Below are positions 61,069 to 64,000 of a DNA stretch of 64,000 nt, piece by piece. Origin of the DNA: Mobula hypostoma (lineage: Eukaryota); NCBI RefSeq assembly GCF_963921235.1, contig NC_086097.1, positions 142,354,001 to 142,418,000 of the forward strand. Direction: 5' to 3'. Position numbers and translations under genes: made by a program. Each line of letters starts with the position of its first letter. The first letter of the stretch is position 1. The notes beneath the pieces were generated by a model, which was given only the letters and a program-made list of their open reading frames with translations, ran no database searches and was not told the origin of the DNA.

Positions 61069-62563
61069 TACTATCCTTCATCAACCAAGGTTTCCTAATC
61101 GTACCATGTTTGCTTCTTATCCTCACAGAGGTTTGATAGAAGGTCATGTCAGATCTTTATAAAGCATTGTTTTGCCTGCATCTGGAGAATTACATCCAAT
61201 TTTGGTCACTGTACTTCAGGAATTATGTGAAGGTCCTAAAAGAGGGGAAGAATAAAATGTATGAGAATATTCCAGAGAAAGGGATTTCAGCGACCATGTA
61301 ACTTTTAATGAAGCTGGTTGCTCCTCTGGATAGAAGAAGATTAAGAGAAGATTTGATCAGGTGTACAGTATAATGGTAAATTAAAGGAGGGTGAATAATG
61401 AGATCCTGTTCCCATTGATATATGGTTCAAGGACCAAAAATGATAGATTTACTGTGATTGGCAAAGGCGGAAAGTAAATTTCTTTTTAAGCAACAATAGC
61501 AAATAATTCACTCATCTAAGAGGAAGATGAAACAGTGTTAATCAGGACGAAGAACCAAAGGACTTAATTGGCCTTCTGTTCTGTAATGACTTGAGGTTCA
61601 CAGCCAGAACCCTGTGCTGAAAAGGCAATTTCCAACCTAATTAATACCACCTGGTCACGCCTTTGTAGTTGTTCTGGAAAATAAAAGAAAATAATTGAAT
61701 TTATTGATGCAGTGTACCTCTCATGACTTATAAACAAAGGCAGCAGTGAAGCCAAAAGTTATTATTTGATTTTGACAGGATATTTAAGTTTATAACTAGT
61801 TCTGGTAATAACTTATAGAAATGGCTAAAATTACTTTAAAATTGCTGCTGCCAACCCCAGCCCCCTTTCCCTCATAGAACCTTTTGCAATAATAGATAAC
61901 AAACCAGGCAGACTCATATACTACGTGTTTGTATACATTTTTTTAAGCTTCCATTTTATTGATCAGTTCTGGATCTCTTTCAGACTAAGATGTACCTTTG
62001 CAAATTAATAACATTTTAATTATTGTGCTTCTCTCAACCCTCAATAGTTATGTCATTACAATATTGTTAGCTTGATAAATATATACAGTACTTTTGTTTT
62101 ATGGTTTGCAAATTGATGTCTGAAAGTATGGAGCAGAACTAAAGACTAGCTATTTAAGATGATGAGACAGAACTTGCATTTATGTCACACATCTAAAAGA
62201 ATCAGAGTCATATGTGCTAAATTGTTTCACAGAAAGGTTCAGAAAAGTGTATAGCCATGAACTTGAAATATTAGTTCAGATGACAGAAAGATTAGTCAAA
62301 AGTTGGTGGTTTTAAAGAATAGCTGAAAGGGGATTTGGAGAGAGAGAAGCAAATTGGGGCCTGGCTTTATAGCATATTCAGAAAAGAGATGAGCTAAATG
62401 AAGGACAGATATAATTATGCTGAGAGCTGACAAGAGTGAATGCAGATACACACAGTCTGTTGCTGTAATGTTTGTCTACAGTTTGTAAGAAAGTAAAGCA
62501 ATACACAGCAACCTCAAGAAATCAAGCAGTGTGAACTATATTGGGAAGCACAGCAAATGGCAT

Positions 62564-64000
62564 TGTCACAACCCACAGACTCTGCTATGGAGACTGGCCA
62601 CCTCGCAGGCGAGTTGCTGAATGAGGTTGCCATCATGCTCGTGATATGGACGTTCCAGCTAATTAGTGTTTCATTGTGGTGGTATTCAACTCTCTTTCTT
62701 TTGTTTTAATCTTGACCAAAGCACAGTAACATTCCCACATTCCCCACTTACTTTAATCCTCATTCTGGGAAAGAAGGCTACAACTTAGATTGACACTGTA
62801 AGGATGGGAATTCATTTAGTATTAAATTACTGCTTCCAAGCTGCAGTATTGGCATTAGCTCTGAGAGTTTTATTTAATTGTCCTGTTGTCCTAGTGTTTA
62901 TTATTTTTCCTTTCGTTTCACACAAAATTCAGTGAATTGTTCAGTCTGCTTCAGTGTCTCTCCCTCTGCATCTGGGCCGTCACCAAACATCATGTCAGCA
63001 AGACTTGACCACCAAAATGGACCCAGAGGAGAGAGAATAGCTGACCATGGCTCTGACATTCATTGGTCAACTGGGAGAGAAATTAAAGTCAGTGGAGACT
63101 GGATTGGCAAAGGTGGCCCATGCAATGCGAGAACCACTCTCAGAGTGGCAAGCCCAATCCAAGAAGGAAGAACAAGTGTCAGCACTTGTAGCAACAGTAC
63201 AGAAACTAAACACAGGCTGCCAGAATCTGGTGGTAGTTTTTAATGCTCTCACTGCTGCCACTCAGCTGCTCATAACGGACAGCCAGAATCAGATGGCACC
63301 CATTACTGCTCTCACTGATGCTATTCAGCAGCCTTCTGCCAGGAGAGACCCAATCCCAGCACCAGGACCTACCATATCCTCTTCTGTAGCATTCTCATAA
63401 CCCTCACCCACTAATGCCCTGGTTTCCATGGCTTTTCCTGGACCTGAACTGAGTATTCCTCCATCAGGTAGATACTCCAGTGACCCCAATGGCTACGGAA
63501 TCTTTACTGCCCAGAATGAACTGACTTTCCAAGCTCAACCAGGTCAGTTTGGTGATGATGCACGCAAACTGGCTCACATGGTGAATCTCTTAGCTAGGCC
63601 TCCACTCAGCCTGTTCAGTTCTCTATGGGAACAGGGTTCTTCTGCAGCCCAGTCTTTCTAGTGACCTGTAGTTGAGTTCAAGAGTGTTTGATCTTCCAAT
63701 ATGGGGTCTTTCCCCCCCTCTCATCATAAGAGTGGCCATGGAAGAATACATCAAGGAGGCATTGGCCTTGGGATTTATTCATCCATCAACCTCGCCAGTA
63801 GGTGTGGGCTTCTTTTTTGTGAGCAAGAAGAATGGCAGCTCCACCTCTGAATTGATTATTGGCCCCTCAACAACATCATGGTGAAGAACCACTTCCTTTC
63901 TCCTCTTCATTTGAACATCTCCAAGGAGCAACCATATTTCCAAGATAGATCAGCACAATACTTACAACTTCTTTTGCATCCAAGAAGAGGACGAGTGGAA
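62564..64000 (+). mobile_element. Degraded sushi/Ty3-like Gypsy LTR element (5' LTR ~62564-62997, gag, deleted PR, RT start); runs off the right edge
   Basis: TGTCACA start; ATGGACCCAG at 63017; P..YSSDP..F.AQ.EL.F.AQP..F.DDARK gag motif; [46 protein letters not shown]. Confidence 0.85.

Overview
This is AT-rich vertebrate genomic DNA, most likely from a cartilaginous fish (ray or shark). That is an inference from the repeat mix: CR1, Rex1/Babar, V-SINE- and DeuSINE-like SINEs, and Neptune-type Penelope elements. Most of the window is transposon-derived and most ORFs in the track are TE fragments or spurious. Host-gene content appears limited to a CpG-rich, probably bidirectional promoter at ~16.0-16.8 kb. 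It has candidate exons running leftwards (unidentified gene) and rightwards (31165-31197 and 39188-39350, the latter signal-peptide-like). Main mobile elements: (i) Penelope-like elements (RT + GIY-YIG) carrying minimal hammerhead ribozyme motifs, including a 3.2-kb inverted copy and a recurring set of 150-220 bp fold-back mini-elements with 13-16 bp TSDs, one nested inside its own parent; (ii) a young Gmr1-like Gypsy LTR element (SCAN-like gag, integrase before RT) with an internally deleted pol; (iii) an older Gypsy element with nested CR1 and hAT pieces; (iv) a class I ERV pol remnant; (v) a sushi-like Gypsy element at the right edge; (vi) many CR1, Rex1 and RTE LINE fragments and SINEs. 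Boundaries of degraded repeats are approximate, and family names come from motif recognition, not database searches.
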